A stretch of 64,000 bases of DNA from an uncultured Gemmatimonadales bacterium. GTDB taxonomy: Bacteria; Gemmatimonadota; Gemmatimonadetes; Gemmatimonadales; Gemmatimonadaceae. Shown piece by piece: positions 8,465-17,159 of this stretch. The position numbers were made by a program, and so were the translations under genes. Where the stretch lies: the NCBI GenBank assembly GCA_963701965.1, contig OY969695.1:1280001-1344000 (forward strand), in the 5' to 3' direction. How positions within the stretch are numbered: the first letter of the stretch is position 1; each line of letters starts with the position of its first letter. Under the pieces are notes generated by a model that was not told where the DNA came from, made no database searches, and worked only from the letters and a program-made list of their open reading frames with translations.

Positions 8465-10525
8465 ATGGCCGAACACGGGACGCTGGACCGGGCCATCGCC
8501 CACCATCAGGCCGGACGTCTCGCCGAGGCGGCGAAGCTCTATCGCCGCGTCCTGCGCACCGACCCGCGCCAGGCCAATGCGCTGTACCTCCTCGGCGTCA
8601 TCGCCCACCAGACCAACGACCACGCCGGGGCCGTCGCGCTCGTGCGGCAGGCGTTAGACCTCGCGCCGAACCAGGGCCCCTGGCACAATCTCCTGGGCCT
8701 GTCACTCCTGAGCCTGGGCCGCGAAGCGGAAGCCAATGCCAGTTTAGCGCGCGCGACCGCGCTCGATCCCGGCCCCGAGTCATACAATAGCCTAGGCAAT
8801 CTCCGCAAACAGCAGCGCCGCCTCAATGACGCGATCGCCGCCTACGCGCGCGCGATCGGCCGCGAGCCCCGATACCCCGACGCGCATTTCAACCTGGGAC
8901 TCGCGCTGCGGGAAAAGGGCGACGACGTCGCGGCCGCGGCCAGCTTTCGGAAGGCCCTCGAGATCCAGCCCGCCCACGTCGATGCGAAGGCCGCCCTGAG
9001 TCAGCTCCATCTCGAGTCCGGCAACGCGCACCACGCGCGCGGCGCGCTCGACGACGCGATCGCCGCCTACCACGCCGCGCTGGCGGTCGATCCCGCCATG
9101 GCGGTCGCGTGGTACGCCATGGGATGCGCCGAGAGCGCCGCCAAGCACTACGTCGCGGCGACGACCAGTTTCCATCGCGCGCTGGACTTGCAGCCCGCGT
9201 GGCCGGAGGCCGCGCACAACTTCGGCCAAGCGTTGTTCCATCTCGGCCAGATCGAGGAAGCGTTGGCGATGTTTCGGCGGGCCGCGGCCGGCGGGCCGAT
9301 CGAGCTGCCGCTGTCGGCGATCGCCGTGGCCATTCCCGGCAGCCCCGCGAGCGACAATCAGGCCGTGCTCGTCGCCCGGCGGGAGTGGGCGGACCGCTGC
9401 CTCCCGTCCGCTCCCGCGCGTGCGCCCGGCGCACGATCGCCGGGCGGCCGGCTACGCGTCGGATACGTGTCGGCGTTCTTTCACCGGCACAACTGGATGA
9501 AGCCCGTGTGGGGTCTCATCAATCGCCATGACCGGCAACAGATCGCGGTGCATCTCTTCTCCGATGCCGCGGCATCGGCCATCGCCCACGGCTATCGACC
9601 CCAGCCTGGCGACCGATTTACCGAGACCGGTCACCTGTCCAACGAGACAATGGCCGAAGCGATCGCCCGGGCGGAGATCGACATTCTCGTCGATCTCAAC
9701 GGGTATAGCACACCGCGGCGGCTCCCGGTGTTCGCGGTGCGCCCGGCGCCCGTGATCGCCGGTTGGTTCAACATGTTCGCCACCACCGGGATGTCCTGCT
9801 ACGACTGTCTCGTGGGCGACGCGGTCGTGATCCCGCCCGAGGAAGAGCGCTTCTATACGGAGCCGATCGCGCGCGTCCCGGGCAGCTATCTCACATTCGC
9901 CGTCGACTACCCCGTGCCGCCGGTCGCCGATCCCCCATCGTCCCGGACGGACGGCTTCGCGTTCGGATGCCTGGCGCCGCAGTACAAGATCACGCCCGAC
10001 GTCATTGCGGCGTGGTGTCGGATCCTGCACGGCGTCCCGGGCAGCACGTTGCTCCTCAAGAGCACCGCGCTCGCCGGCGCCGGCGAACGGCGATTCGTGC
10101 ATAGGCTGTTCGCGCGTCACGACATCCCGAGTGACCGGGTGCGGCTCGATGGTCCGTCCGATCACTACCGTTTTCTGGAAGCGTACGACGCCGTCGACGT
10201 GGCGTTGGACACGTTTCCGTACAACGGCGGCACGACCACGACGGAGGCCATCTGGCAGGGCGTGCCCGTGGTGACGTTCTGGGGAGATCGGTGGGTCTCG
10301 CGCACCAGCGCGTCAATTCTGCGCGCGGGCAACCTGGGCGACTTCGTCGCCGCCGATGTCGATGCCTACGTGGCGATGGCGATCGGCCTGGCGCACGCGC
10401 CGCTCACGGAGATCCGGCGCACAATGCGCGCTCGGCTGCGCGATGCACCGGTGTGCGACACGCAGAGCTTCGCGGCCCACATGGAAACGCTCTATGCGAG
10501 GCTCTGCGCATCGCGGCAGCGATGA
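8465..10525 (+). CDS. TPR-repeat SPINDLY/OGT-like glycosyltransferase (GT41)
   Basis: Multiple TPRs, then LRVGYVSAFF, IDILVDLNG, TTGM, KITP, ALDTFPYNGGTTTTEAIWQGVPVVT. Confidence 0.9.
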   Translation: MAEHGTLDRAIAHHQAGRLAEAAKLYRRVLRTDPRQANALYLLGVIAHQTNDHAGAVALVRQALDLAPNQGPWHNLLGLSLLSLGREAEANASLARATALDPGPESYNSLGNLRKQQRRLNDAIAAYARAIGREPRYPDAHFNLGLALREKGDDVAAAASFRKALEIQPAHVDAKAALSQLHLESGNAHHARGALDDAIAAYHAALAVDPAMAVAWYAMGCAESAAKHYVAATTSFHRALDLQPAWPEAAHNFGQALFHLGQIEEALAMFRRAAAGGPIELPLSAIAVAIPGSPASDNQAVLVARREWADRCLPSAPARAPGARSPGGRLRVGYVSAFFHRHNWMKPVWGLINRHDRQQIAVHLFSDAAASAIAHGYRPQPGDRFTETGHLSNETMAEAIARAEIDILVDLNGYSTPRRLPVFAVRPAPVIAGWFNMFATTGMSCYDCLVGDAVVIPPEEERFYTEPIARVPGSYLTFAVDYPVPPVADPPSSRTDGFAFGCLAPQYKITPDVIAAWCRILHGVPGSTLLLKSTALAGAGERRFVHRLFARHDIPSDRVRLDGPSDHYRFLEAYDAVDVALDTFPYNGGTTTTEAIWQGVPVVTFWGDRWVSRTSASILRAGNLGDFVAADVDAYVAMAIGLAHAPLTEIRRTMRARLRDAPVCDTQSFAAHMETLYARLCASRQR

Positions 10526-10528
10526 CGA

Positions 10529-10753
10529 CTAGTGGTGATCGTCGTGATCGTGACGCCAATCCCAGTACGCCTTCTGCTCATCGGCATTCCGGTCCCTGAA
10601 CTCCCGGTGGTCCCGATGCGTGTCCCGCTCCCACTGGCCGTAGTACACGACTTCCTGATCGCTCCACTCATCATGATACCGATGACCCCCGGTCGCACAG
10701 GCGCCCGTGGTGGCGATCAGTAACGCAGCTAGAACCGCATATGGAGTACGCAT
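10529..10753 (-). CDS. Small His/Asp/Arg-rich putative lipoprotein
   Basis: Signal with lipobox-like TGAC, ends YWDWRHDHDDHH; lies 8 nt downstream of the TauE-TsdA gene. Confidence 0.7.
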   Translation of the reverse strand: MRTPYAVLAALLIATTGACATGGHRYHDEWSDQEVVYYGQWERDTHRDHREFRDRNADEQKAYWDWRHDHDDHH

Positions 10754-10761
10754 ATACGCTC

Positions 10762-12303
10762 CTAATGCACGTAGTGGGCCATCAACATCGGCGGAGGGCG
10801 GTAGGCCACATGTCCCCGGGTGTCGTACGGGACATCATATGGCGCATCGCCGCGCGGCCAGTCTAATGCCTTGCCGGCGAGATCGGGCCGCGGATGCGAC
10901 AGCATGTACGCGGCGAGATCGAACGCGTCCTGATCGGTGAGCGTGCCGGGACGATCGTACGGCATCGCGCGCCGGATGAATGAGGCCGCGCGTCCTTCGC
11001 GCGCCATCGACGCGCCGACACTGAATGACCGCGGCCCCCACAGCGGCGGCGCCATCGCCGTTCCTTCACCGACGGGACCATGACAGCGGCTGCACTGCGG
11101 GCCGTACAGCGTCGCGCCCCGCGTCGTATCGCCCGTGAGCGGCGAGAGCGTCGGGAGGCCGGAGCCTCGCACCTCGGCCCCGCGCGGGATGCCCGTCGAG
11201 AGAAACGCGAGATAGGCGATCATGTCGTGCATGTCGCGGCTCGAGTCCGCGAGCGGCTGACCCGCGAGGCTGCGCGTGAGGCAGAAGTTGATGCGCTCTT
11301 CGATCGATGCCACCGCGCCCTTGCGCTCGATGAAGCGCGGATAGCGCGCGTAGGTGCCGATGAGCATCGCCCCGCCCGCCCGCCGCCCGCCGTCGATGTG
11401 GCAGCTGAGACATCGCAAGGCATTCGCGGCATTGGCGGGAAGACTGTCGTGCGTGTGCGCGATCAACGCCAGCCCGCGCCGGATAGACGCGCCGGCGCTA
11501 TCGTGCGGGATCGTCGAGTCGGACGGCACGACGGATGGTTCGATGGCGACGGCCGGTTTCGGTGCCCGCGTCTTGAAAAACATGAACGCGCCGACGGCGA
11601 GGAGCAGCACGGCGAAACCGCGTTTGAGGCGCGCTGGGGAGATCAGGGCGCAGAGTTGCGTGCCGATCAGGATGCCGATGACCGCCACTCCCGTAAAGAG
11701 GCCGACCGTCGGCCAGGACATTGGGACGTGGCCCAGGTAGCCGACGAGACCCGCCGCGGAGTTCGCGGCGATCACCAAGAGCGACGTGCCGATGGCGAGC
11801 GGCATCGGCACGTTTCCGAACAACACCAACGCCGGGACAATCAGGAATCCGCCGCCCACTCCGACGAGTCCGGTGAGGACGCCGACGCCGGCGCCGACCG
11901 GCGCCAGGCGTAACGGGTGCGGCGCCCGGGTTGCCGCCACCTCCGGGCGGGACGCGTTCCGGAACATTGAGACTGCGGCCACGCAAATGACCAGCGCCAA
12001 CAACGAGAGTTGGACCGGACCGGAGAGCCGCGTCCCCAGACGCGCGCCGACGTACGCCAGCGGGATGGCCGTGACGCCGAAAATGGCGGCCATCCGGAAA
12101 TCCATGCGGCCCGCGCGCCAGTGACCGATGGCGCCGACCAGGCTGACCGTGCCGACGACGACGAGGCTCATCGCGATCGCTTGCTTGGCCTCGAACCCCA
12201 AGACGTACACGAAGATCGGCACGGTCAGGACCGAGCCGCCACCACCCAGGAGCCCCAGCGAAAGACCGACGGCCAGCGCCAGCGCGAGTCCGAGAACCGT
12301 CAC
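10762..12303 (-). CDS. TauE/SafE (TSUP) transporter fused to a TsdA-like diheme c-type cytochrome
   Basis: N-terminal GLLGGGGSVLTVP and GLVGVGGGFLIVPAL repeats. C-terminal CLSCH, EERINFCLTRS, CSRCH, PPLWG, FIRRAMP. Confidence 0.88.
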   Translation of the reverse strand: MTVLGLALALAVGLSLGLLGGGGSVLTVPIFVYVLGFEAKQAIAMSLVVVGTVSLVGAIGHWRAGRMDFRMAAIFGVTAIPLAYVGARLGTRLSGPVQLSLLALVICVAAVSMFRNASRPEVAATRAPHPLRLAPVGAGVGVLTGLVGVGGGFLIVPALVLFGNVPMPLAIGTSLLVIAANSAAGLVGYLGHVPMSWPTVGLFTGVAVIGILIGTQLCALISPARLKRGFAVLLLAVGAFMFFKTRAPKPAVAIEPSVVPSDSTIPHDSAGASIRRGLALIAHTHDSLPANAANALRCLSCHIDGGRRAGGAMLIGTYARYPRFIERKGAVASIEERINFCLTRSLAGQPLADSSRDMHDMIAYLAFLSTGIPRGAEVRGSGLPTLSPLTGDTTRGATLYGPQCSRCHGPVGEGTAMAPPLWGPRSFSVGASMAREGRAASFIRRAMPYDRPGTLTDQDAFDLAAYMLSHPRPDLAGKALDWPRGDAPYDVPYDTRGHVAYRPPPMLMAHYVH

Positions 12304-12319
12304 GCCGGCTGGTACCCGA

Positions 12320-12964
12320 CTACGCGGCGTAGCAGTACGTACAGCCCTTTTCTTGCGCGCGGTTCACGGCCAGCACCCCGATGGGCACCAGGTTCATTCC
12401 CGGCAACAGCGCTTCCGTCCACTCCTGCTTCGCGGCGGCCGCGGTGGTGCCGGCGGCGGGCGCGAATCGCTCGCTGATCTTGGTCAAGGCGACATTGCAC
12501 ACCGTGAAGATGACGCCACGGTTGACCAGCGTGGGAATGTCACTGCCGGGGGCCGGCACGCCGTCGGCGTGAATGAACGGGTTCCGCGTCGCGGGCGCCT
12601 TGGTGGCGGGGTCGTTGACCTTGAAGGCTTCGCCGATCTTGTACTTGCTCCACATTGCGTCGCTGAGTGCCATCGGCATCGCGAAGTGGCGGAAGCCGAC
12701 CACGGCGCTGAGGTCCTTGTCCGTGAGGCCGTAGGCTTCGTGATTCAGATTGAGAAAACCGGCGGCGAATGCCAGACCGAAACCGTCGTTCGTCGAGACG
12801 GCATCGAAGAACTGCTTGTGCTTGCCCGTGATCTTGTCGAGCCAGGCATCGCTCCAAGGTGCGCGGGCGCCGTTCGGCTCTGCCAAGGCTGCGGCGAACG
12901 GCATGGCGAGCGCGGCGGCGCCCACCGATATGCTTTCCAGAAACGCGCGGCGATCAGACTGCAT
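12320..12964 (-). CDS. Tat-exported DsrE-like protein
   Basis: DRRAFL Tat motif; GVIFTVCNVAL and VPIGVLAVNRAQEKGCTYCY resemble the DsrE/F-like fold. Confidence 0.7.
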   Translation of the reverse strand: MQSDRRAFLESISVGAAALAMPFAAALAEPNGARAPWSDAWLDKITGKHKQFFDAVSTNDGFGLAFAAGFLNLNHEAYGLTDKDLSAVVGFRHFAMPMALSDAMWSKYKIGEAFKVNDPATKAPATRNPFIHADGVPAPGSDIPTLVNRGVIFTVCNVALTKISERFAPAAGTTAAAAKQEWTEALLPGMNLVPIGVLAVNRAQEKGCTYCYAA

Positions 12965-12977
12965 GAGTAAGCCCTCG

Positions 12978-13163
12978 TCACGTGAAGCGGTGGTCGGAGA
13001 ATACTGTGCGCTCCCCCCGATAGCGCGCGACTTCCTCGTTCCAGTTGGCCTCAGTTTGGGCGATCAAAGCCTTGAAGTACGGCACCAGCTCCGGCGGGCG
13101 CAGGAGCTCGGCGTGCGGCGGTGGCGCGCTACGGGGCGTGGGGCGGGCAGTAAGTGTCGTCAT
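12978..13163 (-). CDS. Small hypothetical protein (61 aa)
   Basis: ORF fills the gap 13 nt upstream of the DsrE-like gene; no recognisable motif. Confidence 0.35.
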   Translation of the reverse strand: MTTLTARPTPRSAPPPHAELLRPPELVPYFKALIAQTEANWNEEVARYRGERTVFSDHRFT

Positions 13164-13296
13164 GCTGCATAGAGGGAAGCAAAACTCGTGACGGAGGAAC
13201 GCGCAATACAAACGCTTGTCGCGCAGACACTTACGGAATTGCTGCCGCCGCCCCGTGTTGTGACCGCGCTACACTGTCGCGGGGAGTGCCGAAGCA

Positions 13297-13324
13297 TTGA
13301 CAGCCGCGCGCGCCGGGTAGGAAT
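13297..13324 (+). promoter_or_regulatory. Possible sigma70 promoter for the sdh operon
   Basis: Perfect TTGACA at 13297-13302, then TAGGAAT at 13318-13324 (spacing imperfect). Confidence 0.35.
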
Positions 13325-13334
13325 TACTTCGCAC

Positions 13335-14087
13335 ATGGCTCATGCGCCGTTGCCGATCACGATGCGCCGCGATGCTTGGTGGGTCCAGCCGGCCGTCACA
13401 GGGATCATTCTCCTCTCGTTCATTGTTTACGCGACTTGGGCCGCGTTCCAGGGCACCCACTACCGGTTCGGCCCCTATCTGTCGCCCTTCTATTCGCCGG
13501 AGTTTCCGCGACCCGGCTGGTGGCCCGGATGGCTGCCGTACTCGCCGGCGCTGTTGATTTTGCCGTTCCCCGGACTCTTTCGCGTCACGTGCTACTACTA
13601 CCGGGGCGCGTACTACAAGGCCTTGTGGGCCGATCCGCCGGCCTGCACGGTGAAGGAACCCCGGTCGACGTACTGGGGTGAGCAGCGGTTTCCGCTGATC
13701 CTGCAGAACGTGCACCGGTACTTCCTCTACATCGCGCTGGTCTTTCTCATCATTCTCGCGCACGACGTCTGGAACGCGTTGTGGTTCACGGACCCGGCCA
13801 GCGGCCGTGTGAGCTTCGGCATCGGCGTCGGCACGATCGTTCTGGCCGTCAACACCTGCCTGTTGGCGAGCTACACCTTTGGCTGCCACTCGCTGCGGCA
13901 CGTGATCGGCGGCTATTTCGATCGGTTGGCCAACCGGCCGGTCCGGCGTTCCGCGTACGCCTGCGTGAGCTGCTTCAATCGATGGCACATGCGATGGGCC
14001 TGGATGAGCCTGTTCGGCGTGGCCTTTGCCGACCTCTACGTGCGCCTGTGCTCGATGGGCATCTGGCACGACTGGCGTCTTTGGTGA
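13335..14087 (+). CDS. sdhC: Succinate dehydrogenase membrane anchor, mycobacterial Sdh1 (Rv0249c-like) type
   Basis: YLSPFYSP, FRVTCYYYRGAYY, PPAC, FPLILQNVHRYF, YTFGCHSLRH, HMRWAW; directly upstream of sdhA. Confidence 0.82.
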   Translation: MAHAPLPITMRRDAWWVQPAVTGIILLSFIVYATWAAFQGTHYRFGPYLSPFYSPEFPRPGWWPGWLPYSPALLILPFPGLFRVTCYYYRGAYYKALWADPPACTVKEPRSTYWGEQRFPLILQNVHRYFLYIALVFLIILAHDVWNALWFTDPASGRVSFGIGVGTIVLAVNTCLLASYTFGCHSLRHVIGGYFDRLANRPVRRSAYACVSCFNRWHMRWAWMSLFGVAFADLYVRLCSMGIWHDWRLW

Positions 14088-14093
14088 CCGCAC

Positions 14094-15905
14094 ATGGCTG
14101 AGTACGAGACACTGACGCACGATGTTCTGGTCATCGGCGCCGGCGGGGCCGGCTTGCGCGCGGCCATCGGCGCCGCGGCCGAGGGCGTCCGCGTGGGACT
14201 GGTGTGCAAGTCGCTGCTCGGCAAGGCCCATACCGTGATGGCCGAAGGCGGCGTCGCGGCAGCGCTGGCCAACGTCGACGATCGGGACAATTGGAAGGTG
14301 CACTTCGCCGACACGATGCGCGGCGGGCAGTACATCAACAATTGGCGGATGGCGGAGATCCACGCCAAGGAAGCGCCGGACCGGGTCCGCGAGTTGGAAG
14401 CGTGGGGCGCGTTGTTCGATCGCACGAAAGACGGGCGCATTCTCCAGCGCAACTTCGGCGGTCACCGTTATCCCCGCTTGGCCCACGTCGGCGACCGCAC
14501 GGGCCTGGAGATGATCCGAACGCTCCAGGACCACGGGATCCATCAAGGGATCGACGTGCGCATGGAGTACACGGTCCTGACGCTGCTCGCCGACGGCGAG
14601 CGCGTCTCCGGCGCATTGGCGTATGACCGGGAACGTGGGCGGTTCACCGTGTTTCGCAGCCGGGCCGTGGTGCTGGCGACGGGCGGAGTCGGGCGCGCGT
14701 TCAAGATCACGAGCAACAGTTGGGAGTACACGGGCGACGGGCAGGCGCTGGCGTACGAAGCGGGAGCCGCCCTGCAGGACATGGAGTTCGTGCAATTCCA
14801 TCCGACCGGGATGGTCTGGCCACCGAGTGTCCGCGGCATTCTCGTGACCGAGGGCGTGCGCGGCGAAGGGGGCGTGCTCAAGAACCGCGACGGGAAGCGG
14901 TTCATGTTCGACGATATCCCCGAGAACTACCGCGCGCAGACCGCGAGTGATCCGGAGGAGGGTTGGCGCTATACCCAGGGCGACAAAGCCGCCCGGCGAC
15001 CGCCCGAGCTCTTGACCCGCGACCACGTGGCGCGGTGCATCATGCGCGAGGTCCGCGACGGACGCGGCAGCCCGCATGGCGGCGTGTTCCTCGACATCGC
15101 GTGGATCAAAGAGCGGTTGCCCAACGCCGCGGAGCACATCAAGAAGAAGCTGCCCTCGATGTATCACCAGTTCAAAGCGCTCGCCGACATCGACATCACG
15201 AAGGAGCCGATGGAGGTCGGGCCGACCACGCACTACATCATGGGCGGCATTCACGTGGACGGCGACAGCCAGATGTCGACCGTGCCCGGTCTGTTCGCGG
15301 CTGGCGAGTGCGCGGCCGGCCTGCACGGCGCCAATCGCCTGGGCGGCAATTCTCTGTCGGATCTGCTCGTATTCGGCAAACGGGCCGGAGAGTATGCCGC
15401 GCGCTTCGCGCGCGAGCATGGGGACACGCGCGTGGACGCGAGACAGGTCGAGGCCGCCGAGCATAAAGCCTTGGAACCGTTCGAGCGAGCGCCGGGAGAG
15501 GGACCGTATCAGATTCAGGAAGCCTTGCAGGACGCGATGCAGAACTTTGTGGGTATCGTGCGCCGCGACGACGACATGCGCCGCGCCGTGCAGACGATCG
15601 AGGCGTTGACGGCGCGGGCGGAGCGGGTGGCCGTCAGTGGCAATCGCGAGTACAACCCCGGGTGGCACACCGCACTCGATCTCGGCAACTTGCTCGTCGT
15701 CTCGCGAGCGATCGCGCTCTCGGCGATTGAGCGCAAAGAGAGTCGTGGCGGGCATTTTCGCGACGACTATCCGGAGAAAGACCCGGCCTACGGGAAGTTC
15801 AACATCGTCGTCCGGAAGAGCGCGGACGGTCGCATGGAGCTGACGCGCGAGCCGATCGCGCCGCTGCCCGATGCGCTGGCCTCCGTCATCAAGGAGATGG
15901 GATGA
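14094..15905 (+). CDS. sdhA: Succinate dehydrogenase/fumarate reductase flavoprotein subunit
   Basis: IGAGGAG, KAHTVMAEGG (covalent FAD His), QFHPTG, TEGVRGEGG, HYIMGG, HGANRLGGNSL, ESRGGHFRDDYP. Confidence 0.96.
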   Translation: MAEYETLTHDVLVIGAGGAGLRAAIGAAAEGVRVGLVCKSLLGKAHTVMAEGGVAAALANVDDRDNWKVHFADTMRGGQYINNWRMAEIHAKEAPDRVRELEAWGALFDRTKDGRILQRNFGGHRYPRLAHVGDRTGLEMIRTLQDHGIHQGIDVRMEYTVLTLLADGERVSGALAYDRERGRFTVFRSRAVVLATGGVGRAFKITSNSWEYTGDGQALAYEAGAALQDMEFVQFHPTGMVWPPSVRGILVTEGVRGEGGVLKNRDGKRFMFDDIPENYRAQTASDPEEGWRYTQGDKAARRPPELLTRDHVARCIMREVRDGRGSPHGGVFLDIAWIKERLPNAAEHIKKKLPSMYHQFKALADIDITKEPMEVGPTTHYIMGGIHVDGDSQMSTVPGLFAAGECAAGLHGANRLGGNSLSDLLVFGKRAGEYAARFAREHGDTRVDARQVEAAEHKALEPFERAPGEGPYQIQEALQDAMQNFVGIVRRDDDMRRAVQTIEALTARAERVAVSGNREYNPGWHTALDLGNLLVVSRAIALSAIERKESRGGHFRDDYPEKDPAYGKFNIVVRKSADGRMELTREPIAPLPDALASVIKEMG

Positions 15906-16684
15906 CCGTGACCGACACGGCGACTTTTCGAGTGTGGCGTGGGGATGCGCGGGGCGGCGCGTTCCGCGACTACACGGCCACGATCACGCCCGGGCTGGTC
16001 GTGCTCGACGTGATCCACCAGATCCAGGCCGAGCAGGCCAACGATTTGGCCGTGCGTTGGAATTGCAAGGCCGGCAAATGCGGCTCGTGCTCGGCCGAGA
16101 TCAACGGGAAACCCCGGCTCATGTGCATGACGCGGCTCAGCGACTTGGCGCTGGACGCGCCGGTGACCGTCGAGCCCATGCGTGCGTTTCCGCTGGTCAA
16201 GGACCTGGTCACCGACGTATCGTGGAACTTCCGCGTCAAGCGTTCGATCGCGCCCTTCAAGCCCCGGAAGCCGGACGCGCCCGACGGCACGTGGCGCGTG
16301 CAGCAGGCCGATGTCGATCGCGTGCAGGAGTTCCGCAAGTGCATCGAATGCTTCCTCTGCCAGGATGTCTGCCACGTCCTGCGCGAGCACCAGGACATGG
16401 ACCGTTTCATCGGACCACGGCACCTGGTCTACGCGGCGGCCTTGGAGATGCACCCCCTCGACGTCGCCGACCGGGTGCCCGATCTCAAGCAGAAGAACGG
16501 CATCGGGTACTGCAACATCACGAAGTGCTGCACGAACGTCTGCCCGGAGGGTATCACGATCACGGACAACGCGATCATTCCCCTCAAGGAGCGGGTGGTC
16601 GACGCGTTCTACGATCCATTGGGGAAGCTGGTGCAGATTTTCTCGAGGAAGCGCGATGCACAAACTCAAGTCGATCACTCTTGA
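15902..16684 (+). CDS. sdhB: Succinate dehydrogenase/fumarate reductase iron-sulfur subunit
   Basis: CKAGKCGSC...LMC, CIECFLCQDVC, CNITKCCTNVCP; ATGA overlap with sdhA. Confidence 0.96.
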   Translation: MTVTDTATFRVWRGDARGGAFRDYTATITPGLVVLDVIHQIQAEQANDLAVRWNCKAGKCGSCSAEINGKPRLMCMTRLSDLALDAPVTVEPMRAFPLVKDLVTDVSWNFRVKRSIAPFKPRKPDAPDGTWRVQQADVDRVQEFRKCIECFLCQDVCHVLREHQDMDRFIGPRHLVYAAALEMHPLDVADRVPDLKQKNGIGYCNITKCCTNVCPEGITITDNAIIPLKERVVDAFYDPLGKLVQIFSRKRDAQTQVDHS

Positions 16685-17156
16685 CGGCGTGGGCGGCGCG
16701 CTGTCCAAGGCCGAGCGCTATCGGCTGATCGGCGACCCAACGGGCGCCGAGAGCATTTGCCTGGACGTGCTGGCCATCGATCCGGGCAATCAGCAGGCCG
16801 TGGCGACGCTGCTCCTGGCGATCACCGATCAGATGCACGACGGGATGGCGGAGGCCGTGCGCCGCGCGCGCGACGTGCTGCCGCAGCTCACCGACGCCTA
16901 TCGCCAGCAGTATTACGCGGGCATCATTTGCGAGCGGCGCGCCAAAGAGCACCTGCGGCGCGGGGGCCCGCGCTCCCACGAAATCGCCGCCGAGTGGTTG
17001 CGGGAAGCCATGGAGTGGTACGAGAAGGCGGAGGTGAGGCGCCCGGTGAATGATGACGGCGCCATCCTCCGGTGGAACACGTGCGCCCGTTTGTTGGATC
17101 GTGGCGAAGCGTTGCATCCCCGGGTCGAGCAGGAGTACGAACCCAGCCTGGAGTAG
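16656..17156 (+). CDS. Hypothetical helical (TPR-like) protein overlapping the end of sdhB
   Basis: MHKLKSITLDGVGGALSKAERYRL...AESICLDVLAIDPGNQQA...YYAGIICERRAK...ILRWNTCAR; GAGGA upstream of ATG 16656. Confidence 0.75.
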   Translation: MHKLKSITLDGVGGALSKAERYRLIGDPTGAESICLDVLAIDPGNQQAVATLLLAITDQMHDGMAEAVRRARDVLPQLTDAYRQQYYAGIICERRAKEHLRRGGPRSHEIAAEWLREAMEWYEKAEVRRPVNDDGAILRWNTCARLLDRGEALHPRVEQEYEPSLE

Positions 17157-17159
17157 CGT

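Noticed and set aside
13255..13280. CRP/FNR-like site TGTGA-N6-TACAC upstream of sdh
   Set aside because: The second half-site is a poor match; not distinguishable from chance.
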